The translations under genes were made by a program, and so were the position numbers. The notes under the pieces are model-generated. The model had not been told where the DNA came from. It did no database searches and saw nothing but the letters and a program-made list of their open reading frames with translations. DNA of 64,000 bases, from assembly GCF_004010195.1 (NCBI RefSeq), contig NC_057711.1, forward strand, positions 71,931,142-71,995,141, read 5' to 3'. Numbering within the stretch: position 1 is the stretch's first letter; each line of letters opens with the position of its first letter. This DNA is from Chiloscyllium plagiosum (Eukaryota). Below, in pieces: positions 61,475-64,000 of this stretch.

Positions 61475-64000
61475 TTTCTGAGGCCCCTTTCAGTCATAGC
61501 TGACCATGGGTTGCATCCTCGTTGTTCTGGCTTTCTGCTTCCCAGAAGCAACTTCACTTGTGACTGAACAGACCAATACTGGAGTGACAGTCCCAATTGC
61601 AGAGGTCACATCTGTATGTGGTTGTTGACCTGCCAGAGCTGCTGCACTCCTTCCTTCGTGCCCCTTGTCTGCTGCTCATCAGCGTCTTTTCCCCTGTTTC
61701 GAGGTGTTGGTTCCAGGTGCTTCTCCATCTCATGCGGTCAGCTGCAAGCCATTCCCAGGACTCTGTAACGATATCAAGCACCTTCATGTCCCTCATGCAG
61801 TCATCCTTGCAGTGCACCTGGGGACGCCCACTGGGTCCCTTCCTGGGTGCAAACTCTCCATAGAGGATATCTTTTGGGATACGGCCGTCCTCCATGCGGT
61901 GGATGTGGCCTAGCCAGCACAGTCTCCACTGCCGAAGCAGAGTGTACATGCTGGGAAGACCAGCACGAGATAGGACCGCTGGGTTGGACACTCTGTCTTG
62001 CCATGATATGGCGGATAGTCCTCAAGTGGAGGGTGTTCAGTCTTCTCTCCTGTCTGGTGTATGTAGTCCACATTTCACTGCCGTACAGCGGAGTGCTTAT
62101 GACGCAGGCTCTGTAGACTGACATTTTTGTCTTCATGTCAGCTTGGGATTTATCCATACTCAAGTCGTGAGGCAAGCAAGAGTTGAGGCTACTTTTCCGA
62201 TCTCTGTGTCCAAGGAGAGGTTGTCAGTGATGGTAGAACCAAGGTACGTAAACTGATGGACGACATTGAGTTCGTAGTCATCAATGGTGATGATCGGCGG
62301 TGCCTCTGTGTCCTGTCTTAGGATGCTCATTGGCTTCAGCCTGATAGTCAGCCCAAAAGCTTCGCAAGTGTGAGAGAGGCAGTCTATCAGTGACTGGAGT
62401 TCCTGCTGGGTATGAGTTGCATCATCGGCAAACAGCATGTCCCTGATGACTGCAGCGCATATTTTTGTCTTGGCTCTAAGGCAGGCCAGGTTGAACTGCC
62501 TGCTGTCTGATCTACTGCGAAGGTAAATCTCCTCCATTGCAGTGCCAAAGGAATGTTTCAGGATCACAGCAAAAAAAATCCCAAAGTGTGTGGGAGCGAG
62601 GATGCAGCCTGGTTTGACACTGCTGTGGATGTTGAAGGGCTCAGAAGAGCTGCCATTGAACTGCACTGTCCCTTTCGTGTTACTGTGGAAGGATTTGATC
62701 ATGCTCAGCAGTTTCGGTGGGCAGCAATCATCAGGAGAACCTTGAAAAGGATGTTTCTGCTCATCAGATCGAACGCCTTGGTGAGATCGATGTAAGCGAT
62801 ATACAGGGGCGTTTTCTGTTCTCTGCACTTCTCCTGCAGTTGGCGAAGGGAAATGATCATGTCTACTGTTGACCTTTTAACTCAGAATCTGCACTGTGAC
62901 TCTGGGTATACACGTTCTGCCACTTTCTGCAGGCGAGTCAAGATGACCCGAGCAAAGGCTTTGCCAACAGTGTTGAAGAGAGAGATGCCTCTGTAGTTGT
63001 TGCAATTGCTTCTCACACCCTTGTTCTTGTAGCGGGCAATGATCTTGACATCCCTCATGGCCTGTGGTATGGCTCCTTCTTGCCAGCACTGACAGAGGAC
63101 TTCATACAATGGGAGCAGGAAGCTAGTCTTGCAGCACTTGTTCTGATCAGGAGGAATCCTGTTGCTACCCGGGGCCTTACCTGAGGCCAGGCCGTCAATG
63201 GCCTTTCTGAGCCCTTCTCCTGATGGCCCTGCGTCTACCTCGTCCATGGTCGGCAAGCATGTGATGCATCAAATGCTGAAGCAGACACGGTCTCCTCTCT
63301 GGAGTAGAGATCAGAGTGGTGTTCAACCCACCTGCCCACCTGCTGGCCTTAGTCTGTGATTACTTCCCCAGGAGAGGATGTGAGGGGGGGCTGTCTTGCT
63401 CTGAGCTGGTCCTAGTGCCTTCTTGATGCCTTTGTACAGTCCCCTAATACTCCCCCGTTATAACGACCATCTAACTTTCCTCACTTAGCTGTGTCCAGTA
63501 CCTGTTAGTGCAATGCCTGGCAGTCTGCTGAACCTTGTTCCTGGCAGCCATGAGAATCTGCAGGTTCTTCCCGCTAGCTGACCGCTTGTACTCAGCTAGG
63601 ACAACATGCTTGGCTTCAACAACAGGGGTCATCTCGGTTGCCTTAGCCTCAAACCAGTCATGTGTCTTGCAGGTCTTCTTCCCAAAGATAGCCAAGGACG
63701 TGCAGTGTATGGTATCCAGCATGGTTTCCCACTTCTCTGTGGCGATGCACTGAGTTCCCTCTCGAAAGCCTTTGAGAACTGTTGCATGAAGTCTGGCTGG
63801 AACATCTCGCTGACCTTGATGCGAGGGTTCCCCTGTTGCTTAGTGTGATGCAATCTCTTAGGTTACAGTCTGATCTTGCAACACACTAAGGAGTGGTCTG
63901 TGTCACAGTCTGCACTGTAGTAAGAGTGTGCGTGGAGAACGTGTTTGATGGTGGCGTGCCTAACCAAGGTAAGATTGAGTTGGTGCCAATGCTTTGAGTG
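61475..64000 (-). mobile_element. RTE-clade LINE (RTE-1/BovB-like), decayed, runs off the window
   Basis: CNNYRGISLFNTVGKAFARVILTRLQKVAERVYPESQC; DMLFADDA; WLGHIHRMEDGRIPKDILYGE; C-terminal CDLC...HK zinc-finger-like. Confidence 0.95.

Overview
Eukaryotic, repeat-rich DNA from a cartilaginous fish. HE1 V-SINEs, HER1/CR1 LINEs and a SacSINE1-like DeuSINE point to a shark; bamboo/epaulette shark is my guess. No host protein-coding exon could be confidently recognised, so the window looks intergenic or deep-intronic. It holds many CR1/HER1, Rex1, L2 and RTE LINE fragments, several SINE families, three decayed Harbinger Myb/SANT-like relics, and a ~5.5 kb (TG)n-based complex satellite with two N-gaps. 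The most interesting signal is a Penelope-like element (PLE) system. At least three PLE families carry minimal type-I hammerhead ribozyme (HHR) motifs (CTGANGA-stem II-GAAA-NUH). One family has produced over ten 90-210 bp stand-alone, promoter-less, mostly TSD-flanked insertions that start at, or fold back around, the ribozyme. One insertion has a filled/empty site pair inside the satellite. A 1.8 kb TSD-flanked cassette with inverted PLE ends encloses older non-PLE DNA (candidate transduction). Family names come from my recall of consensus sequences, not from a search, and boundaries of old repeats are approximate.
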